From an uncultured delta proteobacterium (GTDB lineage: Bacteria > Desulfobacterota > Syntrophorhabdia > Syntrophorhabdales > WCHB1-27): DNA of 64,000 nt. Below the pieces are notes generated by a model. That model made no database searches. It had not been told where the DNA came from and saw only the letters and a list, made by a program, of their open reading frames with translations. This document shows, one piece after another, positions 45,774-54,951 of the stretch (positions are counted from its first letter, which is position 1; every line of letters begins with the position of its first letter). The stretch lies in the NCBI GenBank assembly GCA_963816715.1, contig CAWFMJ010000023.1, positions 332,213 through 396,212 on the forward strand, in the 5' to 3' direction. The position numbers and the translations under genes were made by a program.

Positions 45774-47459
45774 TTACTTGTCGACCACATAGACGACCCC
45801 CTGGTTCCCGTCCACGAGTATCCACTGGCCTGTCTTGATTTTCTGGGTGGCCTCGACAGTCCCGGAGACCGCCGGAACTCCGAATTCTCTAGCCATGATG
45901 ACCGGGTGGGAAAGAGCGCCGCCGCCGTCGGTCACAAGACCCCTTATGAGGCTGAAGACGACCGTCCAGGCAGCCGAGGTGCCGGGAGCGACGAGTATCT
46001 CTCCCGGTTCTATCTGACCCAGGTCCTTCGCGCTCATGATCACCCGGGCCTTCCCTTCGGCAATCCCCGGCGCCGCCGCTGCGCCGTAGAGGTCGGCTCT
46101 GAGCTCTTTCCTCACGATGGGAACCTGCGTCGAAACGGAAAGGGTGGGGTCGCTCTTGAGCACGGCCTGCGCCTGGGATATGTCGCCGTAGAAGGGCGCC
46201 GGCTCGATTTCCAGGTATTTCTGCCAGAGGGTCTTTCGCTTTTCCACGTAGGGGCGGAGGTTGATCCGGCCCATCGGTATTGCGGCCTTTCTGATCTCGT
46301 TGGGATGGAGGAAAAAGACGTCGTCTGCTTCGTCAATGCATCCCGCTGCCGCAAAGCGCCGACCGAACTCGCCGATGATCCATCTTCCCAGGGCGCCTGC
46401 ATAGAAATCGCAGAAATAGGTATGGTCTTCGCTCCAAAACGCCGCGTTCTGACCCCCTTTGACAAGCAGCGCGAAGGCCTCTTTCTGGGCCTCCGGGCAT
46501 TTCGCCAGCACAGCTTTTTCTGCTTCTTCCCGCTCCTTAACCACCCGATCCCGCTCGGCATCAAAGGGAAAGACGTCGGACCTCATAAGAAATCGAATCC
46601 GTTCGAGGGCAAGCTCAGGCTTTTCGATCCAGGCCGGCGTGTCGTAGGCGTGCATTCTCTCACATCTCCAGCCGTGATCAATAAGAAAGGCGTCCAGCAA
46701 GTCGAGCCACTTCTTGCCTTGGGGCGTTTTTGTCAGCTCCTTCAAGCAATCGCCGTTTCCCTCATTTGCATCGAAGACCGGCTGAAGCCCGCAGTCGACG
46801 GCTTGTCTGCCCAATTCCCAGAGTCCTCGGACAACCGACACATCCTGGTTCTCGGTTCCGCCCATCAGGGCGGTGAAATTCGGATCGATGGCGGCGTCGA
46901 CGCCGAACAGATTGCGCCAGACCTGTTGCAGTATGCCGCTGATGTAGTAGACCGCCATCAGCATGATCATGTGGGTTTCGCCTACTTTTCTGCTGATTAC
47001 GTAAGCGAAATCGAGGAAGAAGGTGAGGAGCTCGTTGTTGCTTAAGTGCTCGATGTCCTTCCACTGCCTCAGTCCCCGGGATTCCTTCGCCTCCTTGTAC
47101 ATCTGGAGGAGGTCCGTCTTGAGGGGATCCCAAACGCCGTAAAAGTCTTCCAGGAACGGCTTGATCTTCTTCCGGAATACGGGCTCCCGGGCCTTGGCCT
47201 CCTCAGGCGTTGTCCTGATTCCGGATATATAGGGATATCCGTTGACGAATCGCGAATCCCATCCATGAGTGGTGGGAAGAGACAAGGTTTCGGCGGCCCA
47301 TCGGAAGCCATAATAGAACCATTGCCATCCAATGCCCATGTACGTCGGCTTAAGAGGGGGCCTGCCGTGGATTACGTCGCAGAGAAGCACGCCGTATTCC
47401 TGAGGGTCCTTCTCGTCGTCGAATTCATAGAAACTCAGGTCATACGCATCGTGTATCAT
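45774..47459 (-). CDS. PEP-utilising-enzyme family protein, phenylphosphate synthase alpha (PpsA)-like: unique N-domain + phospho-His swivel domain
   Basis: 561 aa. The C-terminal ~80 aa read ILVAPGTSAAWTVVFSLIRGLVTDGGGALSHPVIMAREFGVPAVSG, the mobile His domain. There is no ATP-grasp part. Confidence 0.75.
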   Translation of the reverse strand: MIHDAYDLSFYEFDDEKDPQEYGVLLCDVIHGRPPLKPTYMGIGWQWFYYGFRWAAETLSLPTTHGWDSRFVNGYPYISGIRTTPEEAKAREPVFRKKIKPFLEDFYGVWDPLKTDLLQMYKEAKESRGLRQWKDIEHLSNNELLTFFLDFAYVISRKVGETHMIMLMAVYYISGILQQVWRNLFGVDAAIDPNFTALMGGTENQDVSVVRGLWELGRQAVDCGLQPVFDANEGNGDCLKELTKTPQGKKWLDLLDAFLIDHGWRCERMHAYDTPAWIEKPELALERIRFLMRSDVFPFDAERDRVVKEREEAEKAVLAKCPEAQKEAFALLVKGGQNAAFWSEDHTYFCDFYAGALGRWIIGEFGRRFAAAGCIDEADDVFFLHPNEIRKAAIPMGRINLRPYVEKRKTLWQKYLEIEPAPFYGDISQAQAVLKSDPTLSVSTQVPIVRKELRADLYGAAAAPGIAEGKARVIMSAKDLGQIEPGEILVAPGTSAAWTVVFSLIRGLVTDGGGALSHPVIMAREFGVPAVSGTVEATQKIKTGQWILVDGNQGVVYVVDK

Positions 47460-47493
47460 CGCTCCTCCTTGGGATAGTCGGCGACTGGCCCCG

Positions 47494-48516
47494 CTACGAT
47501 ACCGTCAGGAAGCCCACCATCATGTCTACTATCTGATCTGACGCGCTCTTTTTCGCTATCACTACAGGCCTGGTCTGGAGTAGAACTACCGGAGGAAAGG
47601 CGGCATCGGAAGAAACCGCCCATTCAATATCCTGAGGAAGGCCGAAGTGGGACTCCAGGCGGATTGCAAAACCGGCAATCTTCCGGACCTCGTCGTCGGA
47701 GAGGCAGAACCGCCCCGATTTCTCTTCGGGGACTTTCTCTTCCACAACGCCGCGCGTTGCGCCCACAATGACCTTCTCTTTTTTCCCGAGCGTTCTTTCC
47801 AGGATCTTCAACGATTCTTTTTCGAGCACCCAACGGTCCGGCATCAGCTCGCCGCTCACCACACTCTCTCCCAGACCCCAGTTAGCTTCAACAATGACTT
47901 TTGCCAGGTCTCCGGTATTCGGGTCCGCGCTAAAGGCAATCCCCGCCGAACGGGCTTGCACCATCGCCAGCACCGCAACGCCTATCGGCTCTTCACGTAT
48001 TTCCATCCCCTTCTTCAACCGGAAGGCCAGCGATCTCGGGTTAAATGTGCTTGACCACACCTTTTTGATCTTGTCCAACAAGTCCGCGGGGCCTTTTACG
48101 TTGAGGTAGGTTTCATATTGTCCCGGATGGCTGACCGTTCCCGCAGACCGCGTCGAAACAGCGGCGTCGGCCATTCCGCATCGGCTGCACAGGGCCTGAT
48201 AATAGTCCAGGATTGAGCTCTTCATCTCGGCCGGCATCTTTTTGGATTCGATAATTTGGCGTACAGACTGGCTTAGTCGGCTAATGCCTGCGATATCGTC
48301 TACTGACGGCTTTCTGCTGCCCGCGTATTCGGAGATTTGCTCATCGGCGCCCGTAAGTTTGAGGAACATGTGGTAGGCATCTACGGAGAGGGCGAAGCCA
48401 CAGGGGACCGGAAGCCCTATCTTCGCCATCTCCCCCAGGTTGGCGCACTTCTTGCCGACAAGCTCGTTGCAATCGGCGCCAAGGTCGTCGAGCCAATGCA
48501 CCCAATTCTCTGGCAT
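47494..48516 (-). CDS. PEP synthase N-terminal (ATP-binding, PPDK_N) domain protein, PpsB-like
   Basis: 340 aa with LVGKKCANLGEMAKIGLPVPCGFALSVDAY. It lacks His and TIM-barrel domains and sits directly upstream of the PpsA-like gene. Confidence 0.75.
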   Translation of the reverse strand: MPENWVHWLDDLGADCNELVGKKCANLGEMAKIGLPVPCGFALSVDAYHMFLKLTGADEQISEYAGSRKPSVDDIAGISRLSQSVRQIIESKKMPAEMKSSILDYYQALCSRCGMADAAVSTRSAGTVSHPGQYETYLNVKGPADLLDKIKKVWSSTFNPRSLAFRLKKGMEIREEPIGVAVLAMVQARSAGIAFSADPNTGDLAKVIVEANWGLGESVVSGELMPDRWVLEKESLKILERTLGKKEKVIVGATRGVVEEKVPEEKSGRFCLSDDEVRKIAGFAIRLESHFGLPQDIEWAVSSDAAFPPVVLLQTRPVVIAKKSASDQIVDMMVGFLTVS

Positions 48517-48640
48517 CCCCGCCCCCCATTTTTTTTATGCCTCTTTCGCGTTTCCGGCTCGTCGTCCCCCGCGACGAACCGGCGCCTGGAACCCTCCGGT
48601 TGTTTCTCTTTTCGTCCATTTTAGAAAGCTCCGACAGGAC

Positions 48641-48675
48641 AGTCAACACAAAGTTTCTTATGACTTCATAAGGCT
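48641..48675 (+). promoter_or_regulatory. conserved palindromic box A (LysR-type T-N11-A site)
   Basis: AGTCAACACAAAGTTTCTTATGACTTCATAAGGCT. The core CTTATGA-C-TTCATAAG is at 48657-48672. It lies between the divergent genes 48516(-) and 48784(+). Confidence 0.55.
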
Positions 48676-48783
48676 AAGGCGCCGGGCATATCGCCTTAAG
48701 CCTCGATCGCCCGTTTTCGCTCCTTCTTGACAAGGGGACTCACGGAGTGCCACCATAAGGGAATCCTGCTAAGGCGAGGGACC

Positions 48784-49392
48784 ATGGACCTGGGGGCGCT
48801 GAAAACAAAAGTCGATCGGGATCGAACGGCCGTTGCGGTTATCGACATGCAGAGAGATTACTGCTGCGAAGGAGGAATCTTTCATCGAAGGGGGTTCGAC
48901 ATAATCCCGATTCGCGAGCTGGCGGACAGGCTGAGCCTTTTCTTGGACAGGGTCCGGCCGGCGCTCAAGTGCATCGTCCATCTGAAAATGACCAAGCTGG
49001 ACGAGCTTTCTTCTCCGGCGGCAAAGGAGCAGTACGACCGGCTGGGGATCGATAGGAAATACGATCCTGACTATGCCGGATTCTACGGAGTTTTTCCCCG
49101 CCGGGGCGACGTGGTGATCGCTAAATACAGCTACTCGGGCTTCGCCTCGACGTATCTCGATCGGTTTCTCCGCTCCAGGGGAATAAGGACCCTCGTCATC
49201 ACCGGGATCGCGACAAATGTGTGTGTGGAGTCGACGGCCCGCGACGCTTTCATGCGAGACTACTTTGTGGTCGTTCCCTCCGATCTCACCGAGGGGACAA
49301 GCGAGGAAGCCAAGAAGTGGTCGCTCTCAAACATCGACGGTTTCTTCGGCGAGGTCGTTGATTCCGAAGATTTGCTTCACTGTTGGCGTTGA
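48784..49392 (+). CDS. isochorismatase-family cysteine hydrolase
   Basis: ORF trimmed to the ATG at 48784 (MDLGALKTKVDRDRTAVAVIDMQRDY). It has ITGIATNVCVESTARDA (catalytic Cys). Confidence 0.85.
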   Translation: MDLGALKTKVDRDRTAVAVIDMQRDYCCEGGIFHRRGFDIIPIRELADRLSLFLDRVRPALKCIVHLKMTKLDELSSPAAKEQYDRLGIDRKYDPDYAGFYGVFPRRGDVVIAKYSYSGFASTYLDRFLRSRGIRTLVITGIATNVCVESTARDAFMRDYFVVVPSDLTEGTSEEAKKWSLSNIDGFFGEVVDSEDLLHCWR

Positions 49393-49431
49393 AGGGATGG
49401 CAACCTCTCCGACAATTGTCGACGGATTTTC

Positions 49432-50379
49432 TCACGCGGCGGGCGCCGTACTCGTCTGAACCTCCTCCACGCCGCATTTGAAGTGTTCCCTGAAGAGGCG
49501 AATGAATTCCTCCAGGGTCGGCGACATTACCCTGTCTCCCCGATTGACCAGTATATAGACGTCCAGCTTTACCTCGCCGTCTATCACCGGCACAACCTTC
49601 AGCTTCCCGCCGCCGAGGTCCGCTTCCACGTTGGGACGGAACATGAAGGCTACGCCTTTTTTCTGACGGGCGAGCTCTTTGGCGCACTCGATATGGTCCA
49701 CCTCGGCGCCGATCACGGGCTGCAAACCTCGCTCTCTGAAATGGGAAAAGGCAAAATCACGCGCGGCCGATCCCGCCGACTGCATGATCAGGGGGTGGCG
49801 CGAGAGATCTTCCCAGGTCAGCCCTGAGCCGTTTGCGCCTAAAACATACTCGGGGCTCGCAACGAAAACCATTTCATCAACCTGCGGCATCCGGTAGACA
49901 GTCAAATGCTCGGAGTTCTCCACGAGACCGCTCACGAAACAGATGTCATGCCTGAAGTTGAGGAGGTCCTTTATCAGATGCGACGAATGGCCTTCCCCTA
50001 CCGAGACTTGCACGGAAGGATAACGCTCCTTGAACTTGTCGATCAGACCCATCAGCAGCAGCATCAATGTTCGGGCCACGCCGATGTTGAGGTTGTTCAG
50101 TCGATAACTCTTCAGGAAGCTCTCCATCGACATCGCCTGTCGCACGAAGCCTTCCGCATACGCGAAGAATCTTTCTCCGGCGGTGGTGAGGTAGGCCCTT
50201 TGTTTCCTGATCGCAAAGAGCTTTATGCCGAATTGAGCTTCGAGAGATCGTACTTGTTGGGTTACGGCCGATTGGGTGATAAAGAGTCGCTCCGAAGCAG
50301 GGCCAAACCCCCCCTCCCTCGCCACGAAGTAGAACGTGACAATGTGCTGAAGGTTCACTTGCGGAGGTCTCATCCCCAA
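49432..50379 (-). CDS. LysR-family transcriptional regulator
   Basis: 315 aa with the HTH HIVTFYFVAREGGFGPASERLFITQSAVTQQVRSLE. It is divergent from the UPF0261 operon. Confidence 0.9.
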   Translation of the reverse strand: MGMRPPQVNLQHIVTFYFVAREGGFGPASERLFITQSAVTQQVRSLEAQFGIKLFAIRKQRAYLTTAGERFFAYAEGFVRQAMSMESFLKSYRLNNLNIGVARTLMLLLMGLIDKFKERYPSVQVSVGEGHSSHLIKDLLNFRHDICFVSGLVENSEHLTVYRMPQVDEMVFVASPEYVLGANGSGLTWEDLSRHPLIMQSAGSAARDFAFSHFRERGLQPVIGAEVDHIECAKELARQKKGVAFMFRPNVEADLGGGKLKVVPVIDGEVKLDVYILVNRGDRVMSPTLEEFIRLFREHFKCGVEEVQTSTAPAA

Positions 50380-50417
50380 TCCCCCCCTTTTTTCGAGGAT
50401 AGCACCTATCGTTTATT

Positions 50418-50455
50418 GAGTCAACACAATAAGCTTATGATTTCATTAGAAAGTC
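50418..50455 (+). promoter_or_regulatory. conserved palindromic box B
   Basis: GAGTCAACACAATAAGCTTATGATTTCATTAGAAAGTC. The core is at 50434-50449, 39 nt from the lysR-type start and 92 nt from the 50547 start. Confidence 0.55.
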
Positions 50456-50546
50456 TGAATTGATCTGAATTCCCAACCGTCTACAATATCGAACAGGGGT
50501 GTTTCCGCGCCCGATCCTCGACAATTGAACTGAAAAGGGGTGCGTC

Positions 50547-51809
50547 ATGCAAAAAACGATCGTCATCATTGGAACGGTGGACACGAAAGGCGAACAATTG
50601 CGGTTCCTCCGGAAGTGTATTGCTTCCCGGGGCCACCGGGCGATCATTATGGATGTCAGCAGCGGCGGGAAGCCCGGCTTCGAGGCGGATATTGCTCCGC
50701 GCGAGATTGCCGGCCTCATGGGCAAGGACATCGACCAATTGATCGCAGTCGGCGACCGATTTACCAACGGTGAAGTGATGACCGCAGGGGCGCGGCAGAA
50801 GCTGCTCGATCTTCTCGCGGCAAATCAGCTCGACGGCGCCGTGGCCCTCGGCGGCTCCACTATCGCCCTCCTCGCGGCCCGGGCCATGCAGGCCCTTCCT
50901 TTCGGCATCCCCAAAGTGCTCGTGGTGCCCGCGGCCATGCCGGTCTACCTCCATCAATGGTTCGACGCCTCGGACATTCTCGTGATGCAGATCATCATGG
51001 AAATGGCTGGAATGAACGATCTTCTCACCCATTCCATCGCCCAGGCGGCGGGCCTGATTTCGGGTATGGTGGAAGAAAGCAAGCCATACACGTCGCTCCA
51101 GCTGCCGCCCAACTCCGTCGCTATAACAGAAGTCGGCTTTTGCCCGAAATGCCCGGTGCAGGTCGAAAAACTCCTCGAGGCCGAAGGCTTCAACGTCTTC
51201 ACGTTCCACGCCCAGGGGGTGAGCGAGAGGGCGATGGACAGGCTGGTGGGGGAAGGCTTCCTCGACGGCGTCGTCGATATCGTGCCCACCGGAATAATAG
51301 AAGAGATGTTCGGCGGCAACAGAGCAGGGGGAATGGAGAGAATGGATGCCTTCGCGACGAGGGAAATACCGCTCGTGGTCTCCTTTTCCGTCGTTAACCT
51401 GACGGGTTGCGGACCCACCAGAAAAAACAGGGAGAAATACGCTTCCCGCGTCCAGGTGCCGATCGATGCCCTACGCTCGATGACGCGCTACGACGACGAC
51501 GAATTGAAAGAGGCGGCGCCGGTCTATGCCCGGAAACTCAACGCGGCCAAGGGACCCGTAACGATTGTTCTGCCCCTCCGGGGCTGGTCCGCTCTCGACA
51601 GAGAGGGATCCCTCCTTTACAACCCCGAGCAGGACCGGGTCTTCGTGGATGCCCTCAAGAAGGATCTGGATCCCCGCATTCCCATAGTCGAGGTGGACGC
51701 GAACCTTGAGGATATGGAATTCTCGAGGGCCCTGGTCGGCGCGTTTAAGGAGATCTGTGGGAAGCCCCGCATAGAGTCATCGGGAGGCGCGCAATGGCTA
51801 TCGCAATAG
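50547..51809 (+). CDS. UPF0261 (Tm-1-like ATP-binding) family protein
   Basis: 420 aa with the N-terminus MQKTIVIIGTVDTKGEQLRFL, the family hallmark GTxDTKG. Confidence 0.75.
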   Translation: MQKTIVIIGTVDTKGEQLRFLRKCIASRGHRAIIMDVSSGGKPGFEADIAPREIAGLMGKDIDQLIAVGDRFTNGEVMTAGARQKLLDLLAANQLDGAVALGGSTIALLAARAMQALPFGIPKVLVVPAAMPVYLHQWFDASDILVMQIIMEMAGMNDLLTHSIAQAAGLISGMVEESKPYTSLQLPPNSVAITEVGFCPKCPVQVEKLLEAEGFNVFTFHAQGVSERAMDRLVGEGFLDGVVDIVPTGIIEEMFGGNRAGGMERMDAFATREIPLVVSFSVVNLTGCGPTRKNREKYASRVQVPIDALRSMTRYDDDELKEAAPVYARKLNAAKGPVTIVLPLRGWSALDREGSLLYNPEQDRVFVDALKKDLDPRIPIVEVDANLEDMEFSRALVGAFKEICGKPRIESSGGAQWLSQ

Positions 51810-53074
51810 TTGGAATGCTCGACGAAAGAGAAGAAGCGCTCGCGCTCATTAAGGCGCAAATAGAAGAAAAAGCCTTCAGGGTCTGCCTCATCGACGTCAG
51901 CATCGGGGCGGGGGCGATAGCTCCCCGGCTCCGGCCGGACGTGAGCGCGGCCGAAGTGGCTGAATTGGGAAGGACATCCGGCGCCGACGCCGGGCCCGGC
52001 TCAACCCTGCAGACGATTGCCGCCCTCATGGGAATAGGACTGAAAAGGAAGGTTTCGGCCCTTTACGAGTCGGGAGACCTCGAGGGCATCATTGGCATCG
52101 CCGGGTTGACAGGCACGCTGATCACGCTCCAGGCGATGCAAGCGTTGCCCTTCGGGCTGCCGAAGCTCCTTCTCTCAAGTGCCGCGGCCATGCCTGCCCA
52201 TGCCGGTCGGCTTGCGGATTTCTTTGCCCTCAAGGATGTCACCGTCATGCACACGGTGGTCGATACGGTGGGCATGAACCACTTGGTGAAGGCTCTCGCA
52301 ATAAACGGCGCCAATGCAATAGCAGGCATGGCAAAAGCCTACAACCCATCGGCCGGCGCCGAAAAGCCCATGCTGGCCCTCACGGAATTCGGCTTCTGCG
52401 ACAAAGGCGCGCACTATGTTCGCGAGGCGTTGAAGAGCGAGTACGAAGTCGTTTCGCTCCTGGCCACGGGCTTGGGGGACAGGGCGCTTCTCGATCTCAC
52501 GAAACAAGGTTATTTCCGGGCCTTCATCGACCTCGTCCCCTGCTCGTTCAGCGAGTATCTCCTGGGTGGAAACAGAGCGTCGGGTCCCGACCGGCTGGAC
52601 GTCGCAAGAGACCAGCCTATCCCCTATGTTTTCTGCCCCGGTGGGTTCGACATGATCAGTTGCGGTCCGTTGGAGAGACGGGACGCCGGCGATCCACTTT
52701 GGGTCTCAAGGAAGCTCTCTCAGAGAAAGCTCAACGTGAAGGACAGCCTCAGGGCGGAGGCGAGGACGAGCGCTGACGAAATGAAGGGGCTGGGAGCGGC
52801 GGTGGCGGAAAAACTGAACCGTTATCCGCACAAGGAGCGCGTCAAGGTTGTCATCCCCGGAAAGGGATTTTCCAGCCTGAGCGTCGAAGGGGCCGATCTT
52901 TTTGATCCGGCCGCAGACAGCGCATTCACCGAGGCCCTCAAAGGGGCGCTCGACCCTTCGATTGCCCTCGCCGAGGTAGACGCCGATATCAACGATCCTG
53001 CGTTCGCCCGCGCTATAGCGGCGGTGTTGCGTGAGATTCCGGGGCGAGAGATAATTCGCCAGAGGCAACGATGA
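51794..53074 (+). CDS. UPF0261-family paralogue with degenerate N-terminal motif
   Basis: 426 aa. It is collinear with the previous protein (ALPFGLPKLLLSSAA versus ALPFGIPKVLVVPAA) but starts MAIAIVGMLDEREEAL. It overlaps the upstream gene by 16 nt. Confidence 0.7.
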   Translation: MAIAIVGMLDEREEALALIKAQIEEKAFRVCLIDVSIGAGAIAPRLRPDVSAAEVAELGRTSGADAGPGSTLQTIAALMGIGLKRKVSALYESGDLEGIIGIAGLTGTLITLQAMQALPFGLPKLLLSSAAAMPAHAGRLADFFALKDVTVMHTVVDTVGMNHLVKALAINGANAIAGMAKAYNPSAGAEKPMLALTEFGFCDKGAHYVREALKSEYEVVSLLATGLGDRALLDLTKQGYFRAFIDLVPCSFSEYLLGGNRASGPDRLDVARDQPIPYVFCPGGFDMISCGPLERRDAGDPLWVSRKLSQRKLNVKDSLRAEARTSADEMKGLGAAVAEKLNRYPHKERVKVVIPGKGFSSLSVEGADLFDPAADSAFTEALKGALDPSIALAEVDADINDPAFARAIAAVLREIPGREIIRQRQR

Positions 53075-53138
53075 GCAGAAAAAAAGCGGCCCGCGCACTT
53101 AGTCGGCGTTGAACCGCCAAAGCCAAGGGGAGGACAAA

Positions 53139-53934
53139 ATGGCGGAACAGACGTTGCTCGGGAAGACGGCAATAGTTACGGGAGGCGGCAAGGGTTTGGG
53201 GAAAGGCCATAGCCTTTGAGCTGGCCGCAAGGGGGGCGGCCCTTGTCTTAGCGGACGTGGATGCGGCTTCGGCGAAAGAGGTCGCCGGGGAAATCGGCGA
53301 GAAGGCCGGCAGGGCTATGGCTCTCGCGTGCGACCTTCGGAAGGAAGATGATGTGCGAGACATGGTGGAAAGGACGATGTCGACGTTTTCGAGGATCGAC
53401 GTGCTTGTCAACAACGCGGGGCTCGGAAAGGTCGCGCCTTTGTGGGAGACCCCCACGGAAGTCTGGGACAACACGATAGCCGTGAACCTGAGGGGCTCCT
53501 TCCTTTGTATTAAGCACGTCATTCCACACATGATCCAACAGAAGTCGGGGCGGGTCATCAACATCTCGTCCGCCGTCGGCAGACAGGCCCAGCCCCTTAT
53601 GGCAGCCTACGGCGTGTCAAAAGCAGGGCAGATCGCGATGACGGTGGCATTGGGAAAAGAGGTCGCGCCTTACGGCATCACGGTGAACGCCGTTTGCCCC
53701 GGACCCGTTGAGACCCCCTGGTGGGACGGCAATCGCGTGGCTCTTTCGTCGGTCCTGAACGTTCCGGAGAGCGACGTAACAAACTGGTTCATGGAGCAGA
53801 AGCAGGCAATCAAGGTTCCCTTGAAGCCCGAGGACATCGCGCGCGTAGTCGCCTGGTCGACGTCTGACGACGCGAGAATGATGACAGGACAGGCAATCGG
53901 CATCGATGGCGGCTACGCCTTTCCTACCTACTGA
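53139..53934 (+). pseudogene. short-chain dehydrogenase/reductase with apparent 1-nt insertion near the 5-prime end (or sequencing error)
   Basis: The ATG at 53139 (AAGGGGAGGA upstream) gives MAEQTLLGKTAIVTGGGKGLGK and then a stop. Removing one G at ~53205 restores AIAFELAARGAALVLADVDAAS, joining ORF 53257..53934 (NNAG, YGVSKAG). Confidence 0.7.
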
Positions 53935-54094
53935 TTGGGGCGGCGAGCAGTGCGCGCGCCGGGAATGAAAAGATCTGCAAACACGCCCTCAGAGCCAAGG
54001 TGAAACTTGCATCGACAACGCGAGCCAGGCGCTAAAGAAAGGCGGCCGGGGTCCGCACTGGCGTCCCGGCCGGCCGAATTCGTCGCCGAAAGGG

Positions 54095-54892
54095 TCAGAA
54101 GACGACGTGTTGATGACAGCTCACCGGCATCGTCACGCCGGTCACCCCGCTCGATTCGTCGGAAGCAAGAAAGAGAGCGACGGCCGCGCACTCCTCTTCG
54201 GTCACAATTCTCTTGAGCGAGTTGTTGACCGCAAGCATGTCGAGCCATTCTTGCAGGGTTTTGCCTGTCTCCGCGGCCCGTTTTGAGAGTATATTTTCGA
54301 TGCGTTCTCCCCGCACCGGGCCGGGACTAAGGGCATTGACCCGTATGCCGAAAGGACCGTTCTCGACGGCCAGGGTCTCGGTGAGACCGATAAGGCCCAT
54401 CTTGGAGCAGCAGTAGGCCGCTCGAAGGGGATACCCCGATCTGCCGTCTCCCGATCTGCCCCCTTCGGAAACGACGTTAATGATGGCGCCGCTCTTCTGG
54501 GGAATCATGTGTTTCAGGGCCTGGCGGGAGCAGAGCATGCTTCCAGTAAGATCGATGGCCAAGGTCTCCCCCCACTGGGCCAGATCCATGTCGACCACCC
54601 TGGAGGTCGGCCCCGAAACGCCGCTGTTGTTCACCAGGATGTCGACCTTGCCGAACTGTTTGACCGTCTCCGAGACAAGCCGCTCCACTTGCTTCTCGTC
54701 GGACACGTCCGTTTGCAGGTAGGCTGAAACGCCGCCTTTGCCCGCTATCTCTTTGCACGTCGCTTCCAGGGCCGATACCGTCCTCGACGCGATCATCACC
54801 TTTGCGCCTTCCCTCGCATAAGCGAGGGCGACGGCCCTGCCTATTCCTTTGCCTCCACCGGTAACGATGGCCACTTTTCCTTCCAGCCGCAT
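54095..54892 (-). CDS. short-chain dehydrogenase/reductase
   Basis: 265 aa with TGGGKGIGRA, NNSG and YCCSKMG. Confidence 0.9.
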   Translation of the reverse strand: MRLEGKVAIVTGGGKGIGRAVALAYAREGAKVMIASRTVSALEATCKEIAGKGGVSAYLQTDVSDEKQVERLVSETVKQFGKVDILVNNSGVSGPTSRVVDMDLAQWGETLAIDLTGSMLCSRQALKHMIPQKSGAIINVVSEGGRSGDGRSGYPLRAAYCCSKMGLIGLTETLAVENGPFGIRVNALSPGPVRGERIENILSKRAAETGKTLQEWLDMLAVNNSLKRIVTEEECAAVALFLASDESSGVTGVTMPVSCHQHVVF

Positions 54893-54951
54893 ACTTCCTC
54901 CTTGATTTGATGTGTGAAGAATTCCGCCCGGGCCCTCCGCGAAGCGACCGG

